DNA from: an uncultured Clostridia bacterium
GTDB taxonomy: Bacteria; Bacillota; Clostridia; TANB77; CAG-508
NCBI GenBank assembly: GCA_934101145.1
Contig: CAKOPZ010000003.1
Coordinates: forward strand, 6,589 to 70,588
Length of the DNA stretch: 64,000 bases
Direction: 5' to 3'
The translations under genes were made by a program, and so were the position numbers. Shown one piece after another: positions 48,526 through 58,793 of this stretch. Numbering within the stretch: the first letter of the stretch is position 1; each line of letters begins with the position of its first letter. The notes under the pieces were generated by a model that made no database searches, was not told the origin of the DNA, and was given only the letters and a program-made list of their open reading frames with translations.

Positions 48526-51500
48526 CTATTCTGACCTTAATGCAAGAACAGGATCTTCTTTAGCAGCTTTTTTAGAAGGGATTAATCCTCCAATTAAAGT
48601 AAGTACTGTACTTAAAACTATAAGAATTAACCCTGACATAGCAGGAAGAGATGCAGTAACATTAACTCCTTGAGCAAGTTTATGAATTATGCCATTAATA
48701 GGAATTAAAAGAAGTACAGTAAGAACTATTCCTATAATTCCAGCAAGTAGTCCAATCATAAATGTTTCAGCATTAAATACTTGCGAAATATTTCTTTTAG
48801 AAGCTCCAATTGCCCTTAAAATACCAATTTCTTTTTTACGTTCAAGAACACTTATATATGTTATAACTCCAATCATTATAGATGAAACAACAAGTGATAT
48901 TGCAACAAACGCAATAAGAACATAGCTAATTACATTTACAATAATAGTAACTGAATTCATAAGAGTTCCAACCATATCTGTATACGAAATTACTTTATCT
49001 TCATTTCCCTCAGCTTCCATTTTAGAATTGTACTGTTCTAAAATTGCTGTAATCTTTTCATTTGATTCAAAATTCTTTGGATAAATACTAATTCCATCTG
49101 GCTTATCTAAATTTGCATAATTAAGTTTTTTCAAATTATTGTCATATGTGTTTTGTTTTTTAGTCATTAAAGATGCAAAAAGTTCAGATAATTCCTCTTC
49201 ATTCATATTTATTTTAATTGCACTTGCAAATGCCTTTGTATCAATACTAATTGCTTTTGGAATTGAACTTGCCATTTGCCTCATACTTTTTGTCATTTCT
49301 TTTTGAATTTTTTTTGTTAGTTGGTCTGCAAACTTATTCATATAACTTTGCATAATTTTATTAACCTGTGTATCTAAATCATTTGACTTTATAATTTGTG
49401 TTAAATGTTTAGTCATTATTGCTTTTGCTTCATCAGATTTTATAAAATCTTGTAAATATTTATCTGCATTTGGAATATCTATAATATTATTCTTTTTTAA
49501 ATATTCCTTGTATCCTTCCATTAGGTCATTTACAAGAGCCTTCTTTTCATCTTCTGATACAGAAAATTTTATGCTCTTAAGAGCTGTATTAAAATCGAAT
49601 TCAGGCAGAGTCATATTTTTGATAGCCTTATTTAAACTTGAAGTATCAACCTTTATCTTAGATTGGTCAATTTTAAAAGCTTTTTTCATTGCATTTGTAT
49701 CAATCTCAAATAAAGAATTCATATCAAATGAGGAAGAATCATCTTCTTCTCCAAATTTTTTTCCAGTAAATACGTCAACCTTTGGTGATTTTAATTGTTC
49801 TTTTACAATTTTGCTATTTTCAGCATTTTCTATCACATGAGTTGTAAGTTCTACTGGATAATATATTCCAGTTTGAAGCATGTATGCAGAAACACCTTCT
49901 TTAGGTTGCAAAACACCTACTATTTTTATGTCTTCTGCCTTATCTATGACATTTTTCATATATTTTTCATTGTCAGATTTGTCGTTCCAAACTTTATATT
50001 TAGAATCATATTCATAACAATCACTTGCATTTACAAGTTTAAACTTTATTTTTAACATATCCTCATAAGAATACGAATCTGAAGTATCAGGTGTATTTAC
50101 CTGCTCCTCTTTAGAAAATTGCTCAATCATCTTATCAAGTTCATCATAATTTCTTAATCCCAATGTATATGTTAGAAAATCACTTATATTTCCTTTAGAT
50201 GTAAGTACAAGCACACATTCATTGTATGCTGTAGGAAGTCTACCTGCTTTTACATCATATTGGCTTTCATAAAGTTTACTATCTTGTGGCAATTCAAAAA
50301 ACACATCTGTACTCATCATGCTAGACATAACACTATTTGAACTTGTTGTTGAACCAATTCCAAGACTTGAAAAAGAAGTATTTGGATTAAGCTGTCTTAT
50401 GCTTTTTGTATCTGCACTATAAATTCTTGGAGTAACATTATAGCTATATTCAATCGCCTTTGTATATTCTTTTATATCTGTCTCATCACTTTCTAAATAA
50501 TTTTTTAGTGAAACCAAATCATTTGAGCCAATTGTTGAAAACATACTTGTAAGCATATTTGTAACATTTATTCCATCTGTATTTTTCCTGCTATCCTCTG
50601 TTTTTGTTTTATCAGAAAGCATTGCAGTAAGGTCAATTCCAGATTTATTAATTTTAAGAGGGTATTCAGACAAAGTTTCCTCTTCAACAGATTTAATATA
50701 TGTGTTAACACCATTTGAAAGAGATAAAATAAGAGCAATACCTATAATACCTATTGAACCTGCAAAAGAAGTTAAAAAAGTTCTACCTTTTTTAGTCTTC
50801 AAATTATTAAAACTAAGTGCAAGAGAAGTAAAAAATGACATCGTTGTTTTGCCCATATTTTTGTGTTTAGCTTCTGCAGATTTATTTTCCACGATATATG
50901 GATCACTGTCAGATATAATTTTACCATCTTTTAAATTAACAATACGAGTAGCATATTCTTCAGCAAGCTCTGGATTATGTGTTACCATAACTACAAGTCT
51001 GTCTTTTGCAACCTCTTTTAAAAGTTCCATTACTTGAATACTTGTTTCACTATCAAGTGCGCCTGTTGGCTCATCTGCAAGAACAATATCAGGATTATTT
51101 ACAAGAGCTCTTGCAATTGCAACTCTTTGCATTTGTCCACCAGACAATTGATTAGGCTTCTTATGAATTTGTTTTTCAAGTCCAACCTTTTTTAAAGCAT
51201 CAATTGCTCTCTTCTTTCTATCCTTTTTTGATACACCAGAAATAGTTAAAGCAAGCTCTACATTTGATAAAATAGTTTGATGTGGAATCAAATTATAGCT
51301 CTGAAAAACGAACCCAATAGTATGATTACGATAAGAATCCCAATCCCTATCTTTATATTTTTTTGTAGAGATTTCATTTATCACTAAATCTCCCTTATCA
51401 TACCTATCGAGTCCACCTATAATATTAAGAAGTGTTGTTTTTCCTGATCCACTAGGTCCAAGAATTGCAACAAACTCATTATCTCTTAAATTTAAGCTTA

Positions 51501-51570
51501 CATTATCAAGTGCTTTTTGCACTAAACTTCCTGTCCTATATTCTTTATAAACATTTTCAATCTGTAACAT
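48526..51570 (-). CDS. Fused ABC transporter (ATPase plus FtsX/MacB-type permease)
   Basis: 1014 aa. Walker A GPSGSGKTT, signature LSGGQMQRVAIARAL, Walker B ADEPTGALD, a long extracytoplasmic region and a C-terminal FtsX-like TM bundle. Confidence 0.85.
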   Translation of the reverse strand: MLQIENVYKEYRTGSLVQKALDNVSLNLRDNEFVAILGPSGSGKTTLLNIIGGLDRYDKGDLVINEISTKKYKDRDWDSYRNHTIGFVFQSYNLIPHQTILSNVELALTISGVSKKDRKKRAIDALKKVGLEKQIHKKPNQLSGGQMQRVAIARALVNNPDIVLADEPTGALDSETSIQVMELLKEVAKDRLVVMVTHNPELAEEYATRIVNLKDGKIISDSDPYIVENKSAEAKHKNMGKTTMSFFTSLALSFNNLKTKKGRTFLTSFAGSIGIIGIALILSLSNGVNTYIKSVEEETLSEYPLKINKSGIDLTAMLSDKTKTEDSRKNTDGINVTNMLTSMFSTIGSNDLVSLKNYLESDETDIKEYTKAIEYSYNVTPRIYSADTKSIRQLNPNTSFSSLGIGSTTSSNSVMSSMMSTDVFFELPQDSKLYESQYDVKAGRLPTAYNECVLVLTSKGNISDFLTYTLGLRNYDELDKMIEQFSKEEQVNTPDTSDSYSYEDMLKIKFKLVNASDCYEYDSKYKVWNDKSDNEKYMKNVIDKAEDIKIVGVLQPKEGVSAYMLQTGIYYPVELTTHVIENAENSKIVKEQLKSPKVDVFTGKKFGEEDDSSSFDMNSLFEIDTNAMKKAFKIDQSKIKVDTSSLNKAIKNMTLPEFDFNTALKSIKFSVSEDEKKALVNDLMEGYKEYLKKNNIIDIPNADKYLQDFIKSDEAKAIMTKHLTQIIKSNDLDTQVNKIMQSYMNKFADQLTKKIQKEMTKSMRQMASSIPKAISIDTKAFASAIKINMNEEELSELFASLMTKKQNTYDNNLKKLNYANLDKPDGISIYPKNFESNEKITAILEQYNSKMEAEGNEDKVISYTDMVGTLMNSVTIIVNVISYVLIAFVAISLVVSSIMIGVITYISVLERKKEIGILRAIGASKRNISQVFNAETFMIGLLAGIIGIVLTVLLLIPINGIIHKLAQGVNVTASLPAMSGLILIVLSTVLTLIGGLIPSKKAAKEDPVLALRSE

Positions 51571-51654
51571 ATTCTCATTTTCCTTTTAACAATATCAATA
51601 TATTAGATTATACCATTTTATTCATAAATATGCCACATGAAACACCAAACTTTC

Positions 51655-51703
51655 ACAAAAACAAACGCTGTTTTTGAGTTTATTTCCTCAAAACAGCGCT
51701 TGT
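51655..51703 (-). terminator. Terminator downstream of the ZIP transporter gene
   Basis: On the minus strand, stem caagcgctgttttgag...ctcaaaaacagcgtttg is followed by a T-run. Confidence 0.7.
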
Positions 51704-52513
51704 TTATCCAAGTGCAACATCTAAAACCATCATCAAAACAAATCCAAATACTAATCCAATAGTAGCAAGATTTTTATTTTCTTTTACAGACTCCGGCAAA
51801 AGCTCTCTTGCAACAACTGCTATCATTGCCCCTGCTGAAAATGAAAGTAAAATTGGCATAATACTTCTTACTGCAAGAACTAAAAGAACTCCAATTACTG
51901 CAGATAAAGGTTCAACCAAAGCAGATGCCTGCCCTATTAAAAAACTCTTGTTTCTTGAAAAGCCTTCACTTCTAAGAGGAAGTGACACAGCTGCACCTTC
52001 TGGAAAGTTTTGTATTCCAATTCCAATTGCAAGCATTAATGCACCTATTACTGTCATTCCAGGTACTCCTGCTGCAATTCCACCAAATGCAACACCTATT
52101 GACATTCCTTCTGGTATATTGTGTATCGTTATAGCTGATACTAAAAGAATACTTCTTTTTAACGAATTTGCACTTTTTATTCTTTTTTTATTTTTTAAAA
52201 CCTTATCCAAAAATCTATCAGAAAGTATTACAAACAGTCCACCTACTATAAATCCTATTGCTGGTGGTAGCCACGCTATGTAACCAAGTTTTTCCGATAA
52301 ATCTATTGCTGGTTCTATTAATGACCAAAACGATGCTGCAAGCATTACTCCTGCACTAAAACCAAGTATTGTATTTAAAACCTTTTTGTTAACTTCTTTA
52401 AAAAAATATACAACAAGTGCTCCAAGTGCTGTTATTCCCCATGTAAATGTTGTTGCAATCAGTGCTTGTATAACGGGGGATAAATTTTCAAACCAATACA
52501 ATTTTTTCACCAC
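51704..52513 (-). CDS. ZIP-family divalent metal (zinc) transporter
   Basis: 269 aa with about 8 TM helices and the motifs HNIPEG and QNFPEG. Confidence 0.85.
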   Translation of the reverse strand: MVKKLYWFENLSPVIQALIATTFTWGITALGALVVYFFKEVNKKVLNTILGFSAGVMLAASFWSLIEPAIDLSEKLGYIAWLPPAIGFIVGGLFVILSDRFLDKVLKNKKRIKSANSLKRSILLVSAITIHNIPEGMSIGVAFGGIAAGVPGMTVIGALMLAIGIGIQNFPEGAAVSLPLRSEGFSRNKSFLIGQASALVEPLSAVIGVLLVLAVRSIMPILLSFSAGAMIAVVARELLPESVKENKNLATIGLVFGFVLMMVLDVALG

Positions 52514-52572
52514 CTTACAATTATATTTTATGTATACTTGTATTATGATGTTACAAAATTTATTGGCTTATT

Positions 52573-52977
52573 CTACTTTCTAAAATCTTTATTTAATTCT
52601 TCTTTCTCTTTTAGATTTCTTTGTTCTTCATCAATATATTCTAAGAAAATTCTATTGTCAAATGCACCCTTCTTTTCAGCTTTCGATTTCATAACTTTAT
52701 TTACTTCTTCTATACTATAACCTTTTAGCTTCATTATAGTATTTATAACTTCCATTAAATCTCCAAGTTCTTCAATACTATTTTCTTCTATAAATTCATT
52801 AGCCTCTTCTAAAATTTTTCTATTTAACTCTTTCAAATATTCTGTATCGTCAAGAATTCTATATTTACTTTTTCTACCTAGCTGACTATCAATTTCATCA
52901 GGTATTTTATCTCTCACCAATTTATTATATGTATATCTAAAATTGCTGTTTAATATTGACGTTTTCATTCTTATCAC
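52573..52977 (-). CDS. MazG-like/phosphoribosyl-ATP pyrophosphohydrolase-like NTP pyrophosphatase
   Basis: Contains KLVRDKIP...EEANEF...EELGDLMEV, an all-alpha NTP-PPase pattern. Confidence 0.65.
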   Translation of the reverse strand: MIRMKTSILNSNFRYTYNKLVRDKIPDEIDSQLGRKSKYRILDDTEYLKELNRKILEEANEFIEENSIEELGDLMEVINTIMKLKGYSIEEVNKVMKSKAEKKGAFDNRIFLEYIDEEQRNLKEKEELNKDFRK

Positions 52978-53084
52978 TCCATCTTTTCAATTATTTATAA
53001 TTTCACCATTTTCAACATATTGTATCAGCATTATACGTCAAACATCTGTTTTTTGTCAATAGCGTAAAATATTTTTTTCAAAAG

Positions 53085-53118
53085 CAAAAAATCTGGGGCA
53101 CATTTATCAGCCCTAGAT
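53085..53118 (-). terminator. Terminator downstream of acyl-CoA synthetase paralog 2
   Basis: On the minus strand, stem atctagggc/gccccagat is followed by tttttt. Confidence 0.65.
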
Positions 53119-53134
53119 TTCTCTTTCTATGATA

Positions 53135-54859
53135 TTATTTTGTACTTAATATTTTTTTCATTTCTTCTTGTCTTTTTACTTTCTTTGTTGTTGTTTTTAT
53201 TAACTCTTCATCTGTTAAAATCAACTTTTGAATATGCTTATATCTTGGAAATGTTGTATTTAGCTCTTTAATTTGATTCCAAACAATATTGTATAATTCA
53301 TCTTTATCAGATGTAGCATATTTTTCTTTTGCTACGTCCTTGTTGTACACTATCTTCACAGCAAGTTTTACGTCATTTTTATCCCTTTCATCTGGCATAC
53401 CAAACACCATAGATTCTTCAACAATATCCATTCTTCCAATTAGTGTTTCTAGTTCCTCTGGGAATACTTTCTTGCCATTTTTAAGTACAATCAAATTTTT
53501 ATTTCTTCCAGTTATATATAATAATCCATCCTTATCAAAATATCCCAAATCACCTGTATAGAACCAACCATCTTTTAAAACATCATTTGTTACATCTGGC
53601 ATTTCATAATATCCAAGCATTACATTTGGACCTTTTACTCTTATTTCTCCAATTTCATTTTCATCTTTGTTTACTATTTCTATTGTGTCATTAATCATTG
53701 GAAAACCAACTGAGCCTTTTCTTCTTGCAAATTTGTTTTCTGCTGCAATAACTGGAGAAGTTTCACTTAGTCCATATCCTTGCACAGTTTCTACTCCCAT
53801 ACTATTAAAGCCACTCAAGATTTCTGCATCAGCAGGTGCTCCTCCAACTATTATAAGTCTTAACTCTCCTCCAAGTGCTGAAAGTACTTGAGAAAACAAT
53901 TTTCTTCTTATATCAATATGGCATTTTAGTAATAAATTGCTTATTTTCATTGCATTTTTTATAAGATTTGTCTTTCCTTGTTTTGCAATTTCTCTCATAA
54001 TCGTTTTATATATTGCATCTACTAAAACCGGAACGCCAACAAAAACAGTAACTTTGTATTCATTTAGGTTCTGTTTTATATATCTCAATCCATCTGGAAA
54101 TACTGTTTTAACACCACACGCAAGCATCATCACAAGACATGTTGAACCAAATATATGATGAAAAGGCAAAAATGCAATATTTGTATCACTTTGTTTTATA
54201 TCTTCAACGCATTGCATTGCATAAATATTTGACGCAATATTTTTCTGTGATAACATAACTGCTTTTGATTTATCTGTTGTACCTGATGTAAATAATAATA
54301 TATTCATTTTATTATTATCAATTTTACAATCTATAAATCTTGTATCACCACTTGATATAAGTCCTGCACCTGCTTCCATCAAATCAGTTATACAACTATA
54401 TCCATCTATTTTACTCATACAAATAAATTCTTTTGCATTTGTATTTCCTTGTTGTTTTATTTCATCAATCTTATCTTTTAATTTTTCATCAAATACTATT
54501 AAGTCTGCCTTACTTCTTATTAATGAACTTTCAAGTTCATCATATTGCAAATCCTTATCAAGTGGAATAGATACAATTCCTCCAAGTAAATTTGCAAGAT
54601 GTGCTATTACCCATTCATATCTGTTTTTACCTATAATTGCAATTCTTTTATTTTGCATATTCATATCATATAGACTTGTTCCAAGTTTATTTATATCTTG
54701 TAGTAATCTTTTATATGTAACATTTTCATAATTTACTTTGCCATCTTCTTTATGCTTTATAACAAAAGCTGTATTGTTTTCATATTTTTTTGCAGAATTA
54801 TATATTATCTCCTTTATATTATTAAACTCTTTTGCTTCAAAAATTTTCTTATTCTTCAT
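53135..54859 (-). CDS. AMP-forming acyl-CoA synthetase, paralog 2
   Basis: 574 aa with LFTSGTTDKSK, GYGLSE and YTGDL motifs. Colinear with the protein at 46516-48240. Confidence 0.85.
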   Translation of the reverse strand: MKNKKIFEAKEFNNIKEIIYNSAKKYENNTAFVIKHKEDGKVNYENVTYKRLLQDINKLGTSLYDMNMQNKRIAIIGKNRYEWVIAHLANLLGGIVSIPLDKDLQYDELESSLIRSKADLIVFDEKLKDKIDEIKQQGNTNAKEFICMSKIDGYSCITDLMEAGAGLISSGDTRFIDCKIDNNKMNILLFTSGTTDKSKAVMLSQKNIASNIYAMQCVEDIKQSDTNIAFLPFHHIFGSTCLVMMLACGVKTVFPDGLRYIKQNLNEYKVTVFVGVPVLVDAIYKTIMREIAKQGKTNLIKNAMKISNLLLKCHIDIRRKLFSQVLSALGGELRLIIVGGAPADAEILSGFNSMGVETVQGYGLSETSPVIAAENKFARRKGSVGFPMINDTIEIVNKDENEIGEIRVKGPNVMLGYYEMPDVTNDVLKDGWFYTGDLGYFDKDGLLYITGRNKNLIVLKNGKKVFPEELETLIGRMDIVEESMVFGMPDERDKNDVKLAVKIVYNKDVAKEKYATSDKDELYNIVWNQIKELNTTFPRYKHIQKLILTDEELIKTTTKKVKRQEEMKKILSTK

Positions 54860-54915
54860 TTATTCTATTTCCTTTACATTTTTGTTTATCTTATCATATA
54901 TTACAAATAAAAGCA

Positions 54916-54935
54916 TTAGACTGACAGGTCAGTTT
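54916..54935. promoter_or_regulatory. Palindromic box TTAGACTGACAGGTCAGT upstream of acyl-CoA synthetase paralog 2
   Basis: Inverted repeat ACTGAC-AG-GTCAGT. Near-identical to the box at 48304-48321. Confidence 0.55.
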
Positions 54936-54999
54936 TAAAATTATGGAATAATTTTTATATTTTAGCAAATACTAAAAGAAAATGAAAGGATTTGATTTG

Positions 55000-55434
55000 A
55001 TGAAAGATAATAATTTGAATATTTTGGATGAAGTAAATAAAGGTGCTTCTATGGGTATGAATGCAATAGCTTATGTTTCTGAAAAAGCTACAGATGCAGA
55101 TTTTAGACAAGTACTTACAACTGAATATAACAAATATGAAAAAATCTCTAATAGGGTAAATAAACTATATGATCAATATTCAAACAAAGAGCCTCACGAA
55201 ATTAATGCAATGGAAAAGGCTATGACATGGTATGGAATTCAAATGAAAACAATGACAGATGATACTACTTCAAAGCTTTCTGAACTTTTAATGCAAGGTA
55301 CAAATATGGGAATAATCGAAGGAAGACGACTTATAAATCAAAATAGTGATATTGCACCTGATGTAGAAAATATTTTAAATGATTTTGTTGTGATGCAAGA
55401 AGATAGTGTTGAAACTTTAAAAAAATATTTATAA
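55000..55434 (+). CDS. Hypothetical helical protein
   Basis: About 144-aa ORF, one of the few on the plus strand. No diagnostic motif recognised. Confidence 0.5.
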   Translation: MKDNNLNILDEVNKGASMGMNAIAYVSEKATDADFRQVLTTEYNKYEKISNRVNKLYDQYSNKEPHEINAMEKAMTWYGIQMKTMTDDTTSKLSELLMQGTNMGIIEGRRLINQNSDIAPDVENILNDFVVMQEDSVETLKKYL

Positions 55435-55486
55435 TATACGAAAAAGTGACTTCGTCATATATGTATTTTTGACAAAGTCACTTTGC

Positions 55487-56413
55487 TTACATTTTTTTAA
55501 TTTTCGCTATAAAAAAGCCTTCAAAATATTCATTTGGACAAACACATATAGTTCCAGGAATTTTTACATCAAGTAAAGGAAATTGTGCCTTATCTAAACT
55601 AATTGGAACGATTTGTGCCTTAGTTCCTCTAAGTGCATTTTCTAAAACTTTTTCATTTTCGCTCTCTAAAATAGAGCATGTTGAATATATCATTTCTCCA
55701 CCAGTTTTTAAAACTTTTAAAGCCTTTTTTAAAAGTGCTGTTTGAGCTTCAACTGATTTTTGAATTAATTTAGTTGTAAAATTCTTCTTTGTAGCTTCAT
55801 TATACGCATCTAAAGTTCCGCTTCCACTACAAGGAGCATCTAGTAAAATCTTATCAAAAGAGAAAAAATCATTTAGCCTTCTTGAATCTGTAACCATAAC
55901 ATAACTACATGTTACTCCTTGTTTTTCAAGATTATATTTTAATCTTTCACTACGGGCTCTATTCATTTCGCACGCTGTAATCATACACTTATTATTTGTC
56001 ATCGCAGCAATTTGCGTTGTTTTGCTACCTGGAGCTGCTGCCATATCAAGTATATTTTCTCCTTCATGTGGCTCAAGCATAATAGGTGGTAACATAGAAG
56101 AAAGACTTTGCATATAAATTTTGCCATTTTCGTATATACTTAATGAACGAATGTCCTTCTCATCAGCATTGTTTAAAATTAATGCATTTTCATTCCATTT
56201 AACTTCTTTAAAATCAATTTCAGCTTTTCTAAGCTCTTTCTTTACCATATTAGCATTTGTTTTAATTGTATTTACTCTTAATGTTGTTTTTCTTTTTACC
56301 TTATATCCATCTAAAATCTTCTTAGTCGTTTCCTCTCCATATTGCCTGTTTAATAGTTCTACAAGAAATGATGGTATATATTGATTTTCTTCCATTTCAT
56401 TTGCGTATGGCAT
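55487..56413 (-). CDS. RsmB/NOP2/Sun-family RNA m5C methyltransferase
   Basis: Motifs DMAAAPGSKTT, DAPCSGSGT and YSTCS. Confidence 0.85.
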   Translation of the reverse strand: MPYANEMEENQYIPSFLVELLNRQYGEETTKKILDGYKVKRKTTLRVNTIKTNANMVKKELRKAEIDFKEVKWNENALILNNADEKDIRSLSIYENGKIYMQSLSSMLPPIMLEPHEGENILDMAAAPGSKTTQIAAMTNNKCMITACEMNRARSERLKYNLEKQGVTCSYVMVTDSRRLNDFFSFDKILLDAPCSGSGTLDAYNEATKKNFTTKLIQKSVEAQTALLKKALKVLKTGGEMIYSTCSILESENEKVLENALRGTKAQIVPISLDKAQFPLLDVKIPGTICVCPNEYFEGFFIAKIKKM

Positions 56414-56433
56414 ATCGCCACACTCCCCTTTCT

Positions 56434-56862
56434 CTATTCTTTATCCAGCATATTTAAAAACTTTTTATCAAATTCAGGTGCATGTTTTTTTAGCATAATT
56501 GGCTTTAATGCATTATTTGTAAATCCATGTTTTGTCTCTCCTGTAGCAAGAAGTTTGCCTGTTTCTTTATTATATATCTCATATGTAACTGTCATTCTTA
56601 CACCTGTATATTCTGATACTTTTGTGTGAATTTGTATTATATCACCAAATGTAGCATGATACTTGTATTTGCAGCTAACACCTAACACTGGAATTGTTAT
56701 ATCATTTCTTTCAAATTCATCAAATGGCATACCTTCTTTATCAAGCCATTCACATCTTGCTTCTTCCATATATCTTATATAGTTTGAGTGATGTATAACA
56801 CCCATTTTATCTGTTTCATAATAATTTATTTTTCTTTCATATATATATTCCATTATATTCAT
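56434..56862 (-). CDS. YbgC/4HBT-type acyl-CoA thioesterase
   Basis: 142 aa with the hot-dog fold signature YYETDKMGVIHHSNY. Confidence 0.8.
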   Translation of the reverse strand: MNIMEYIYERKINYYETDKMGVIHHSNYIRYMEEARCEWLDKEGMPFDEFERNDITIPVLGVSCKYKYHATFGDIIQIHTKVSEYTGVRMTVTYEIYNKETGKLLATGETKHGFTNNALKPIMLKKHAPEFDKKFLNMLDKE

Positions 56863-56924
56863 TCCTTTATCTTAAAATTTCCAAAAGGACATTCAAATTA
56901 GAATGTCCTTTTGTTTTTGTACAC

Positions 56925-58091
56925 TTAATACAGAGTAAACCTTGTGTTGTCTTCAACTATGTCATCATCCAATTTGCAATACTTATAGAGATCTGGTTTC
57001 ATCAAAACCTCATAAACTATCTTTTCAAAAATATAGTTTACAATGTTGCTCAGCTCTCTTGCACCAGTATCAAATTTCAAAGAAGCTTGTGCAATTTTGT
57101 CAAATAGTTCTCTTTTATAAATAAGCTGAACACCATGATTTTCAAGTTCGCTTTGGTACTTCTTGAAAATCGAAAGTTTAGATCGCATAAGAATTTGTAC
57201 CAAATCCTCTTCTCGAAGCTGGTTCATTTGAACAATCGTATCGATTCTGCCTGCAAACTCTTCAGGCATTCCATACTCAATCAAATCACTTTTTGTGATT
57301 TTTCTACTTTCCTCACTCTTCGCAGAACAATCTGCTTCAGGCACAAAACCCACAGTATGTTCATTTAGCCTTTTTTCTACAATCTCATTAATTCCAGAAA
57401 AAGCGCCAGAGAAAATAACAATGATATTTTTTGTGCTAAACTGTCTAAACTGAGGACAAGCCAAATCATCCATACTCTGAGCAGGCAACATAATATTATA
57501 CGTTGCATCTTCGATAAGTTTCAACATACTGTGTAAGACATTGATTCCCGAAATATCGTTTTGAGTACCACCGACCTTTTTATCGATTTCGTCAATAACA
57601 ATAATTCCTCGTTCTGCCTTATCAAAGTCCCCATTAGCAGCAGAAATAAGATTTGTAATAATATCGTCCACACTTTTACCATAATACCCCTCTTGAGTAT
57701 ACCTTGTTGCATCCTCAATAGTATAGGGCAAATCCAGTCTTTGGGCGATTTGTTTGATTGTCTCTGTCTTACCTGTGCCACTTCTGCCAATGATCAACAT
57801 ATTGGTTTTTATTGTTTCAAAGTTCAAAGCCCGATACACTGCTGTCAAAATTCGCTGAACAGGTTCATCTTGACCAACAATATTTTCCAGGATTTCATCC
57901 TTGATGGAACCAATAGATGTTAATTCTTTAACAATACTTGGTTGTTCTTGCAAGACCTCACTTTCATACTGTTTTTCTGCTTCCTCTTTGTATGCAACTT
58001 TTCTCAACCTCTTTTGCGACAAAGTCGCATTTCGATTTTTTTTGCATTTAGCCTGATGCAGCTTTTTTAAGAGCAAAGCATGGGCATTCAT
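56925..58091 (-). CDS. ClpX-like AAA+ ATPase lacking the zinc-binding N-domain
   Basis: 388 aa. Walker A GRSGTGKT, Walker B IIVIDEIDK, pore loop GYYG, VGF in the IGF position and GARELS in the sensor-2 position. The N-terminus is Lys/Arg-rich rather than a Cys4 zinc finger. It has its own AAAGGAGGG RBS. Confidence 0.8.
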   Translation of the reverse strand: MNAHALLLKKLHQAKCKKNRNATLSQKRLRKVAYKEEAEKQYESEVLQEQPSIVKELTSIGSIKDEILENIVGQDEPVQRILTAVYRALNFETIKTNMLIIGRSGTGKTETIKQIAQRLDLPYTIEDATRYTQEGYYGKSVDDIITNLISAANGDFDKAERGIIVIDEIDKKVGGTQNDISGINVLHSMLKLIEDATYNIMLPAQSMDDLACPQFRQFSTKNIIVIFSGAFSGINEIVEKRLNEHTVGFVPEADCSAKSEESRKITKSDLIEYGMPEEFAGRIDTIVQMNQLREEDLVQILMRSKLSIFKKYQSELENHGVQLIYKRELFDKIAQASLKFDTGARELSNIVNYIFEKIVYEVLMKPDLYKYCKLDDDIVEDNTRFTLY

Positions 58092-58193
58092 AGTTGTCCC
58101 TCCTTTTCAAGGTACGTATCTGACTTAATGAAAGTCAGATAAATTAATAAAATTACATTAACATACAAATTTTATCACATTTGACTATTTATG

Positions 58194-58772
58194 TCAATTT
58201 CCGACATTATATAATTTTACATACAATTTATAATCTCGCAGTATTTTTCTTACATAATTGTTTGTTTCTTTATATGGTATATTCTCTATATCAGATCCAT
58301 CTGATTTTATAACACCTTTCTTTATCCAGTTATCTACATTCCCCATTCCAGCATTATAAGCAGTGAGTGCTAATATATTATTTCCCCTATAATGTTTTAA
58401 CAAATATGAATAATATGAAATTCCAAGCTTTATATTCATTTCTGGGTCATATAAACTTTTTTCTGTAATTTCATCTTGTTTAATTGAGTTGGACATTTCC
58501 ACAGCTGTATTTTCAAGTAATTGCATTAGACCTATTGCATTACTATTTGATTTTACATCTGATTTAAAATTACTCTCTGCTTTTATAATTGCATATATCA
58601 TATATTTATCAACATTGTTTTCTTTAGAATACTTTTCTACATATTCATTATATTTCGTAGGATAAATTTTCTTCAATGCTATATTTTGTACTCTTACAAT
58701 CTTAAATAATACAAAAATAATAGCTAGAGCAATGATGATTATTATCATTGCTTTTATAAATTTTTTGGTCAT
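58194..58772 (-). CDS. Membrane-anchored lytic transglycosylase (SLT domain)
   Basis: N-terminal TM helix, the catalytic region AIIKAESNF, and the motifs GLMQL and AYNAG. Confidence 0.85.
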   Translation of the reverse strand: MTKKFIKAMIIIIIALAIIFVLFKIVRVQNIALKKIYPTKYNEYVEKYSKENNVDKYMIYAIIKAESNFKSDVKSNSNAIGLMQLLENTAVEMSNSIKQDEITEKSLYDPEMNIKLGISYYSYLLKHYRGNNILALTAYNAGMGNVDNWIKKGVIKSDGSDIENIPYKETNNYVRKILRDYKLYVKLYNVGN

Positions 58773-58793
58773 AATTTTACTCCTTAGTTTATG

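Noticed and set aside
52514-52572. Possible Zur box (tgtattatgatgttaca) upstream of the ZIP transporter gene.
   Set aside because: It has only a 4-bp inverted repeat at its ends and resembles the Firmicute Zur consensus poorly as remembered. There is not enough support to call it.
57135-57923. Several ORFs on both strands inside the ClpX-like gene (57135-57368, 57521-57790, 57561-57923), considered as possible overlapping genes.
   Set aside because: They are explained by the locally higher G+C, which gives fewer stop codons. The ClpX-like frame is the only one with recognisable motifs over its full length.
58118-58140. Hairpin atctgactt/aagtcagat between slt and the ClpX-like gene, considered as the slt terminator.
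   Set aside because: It has no U-tract on either strand, so it is not a canonical intrinsic terminator. It is kept only as a note within the ClpX-like finding.
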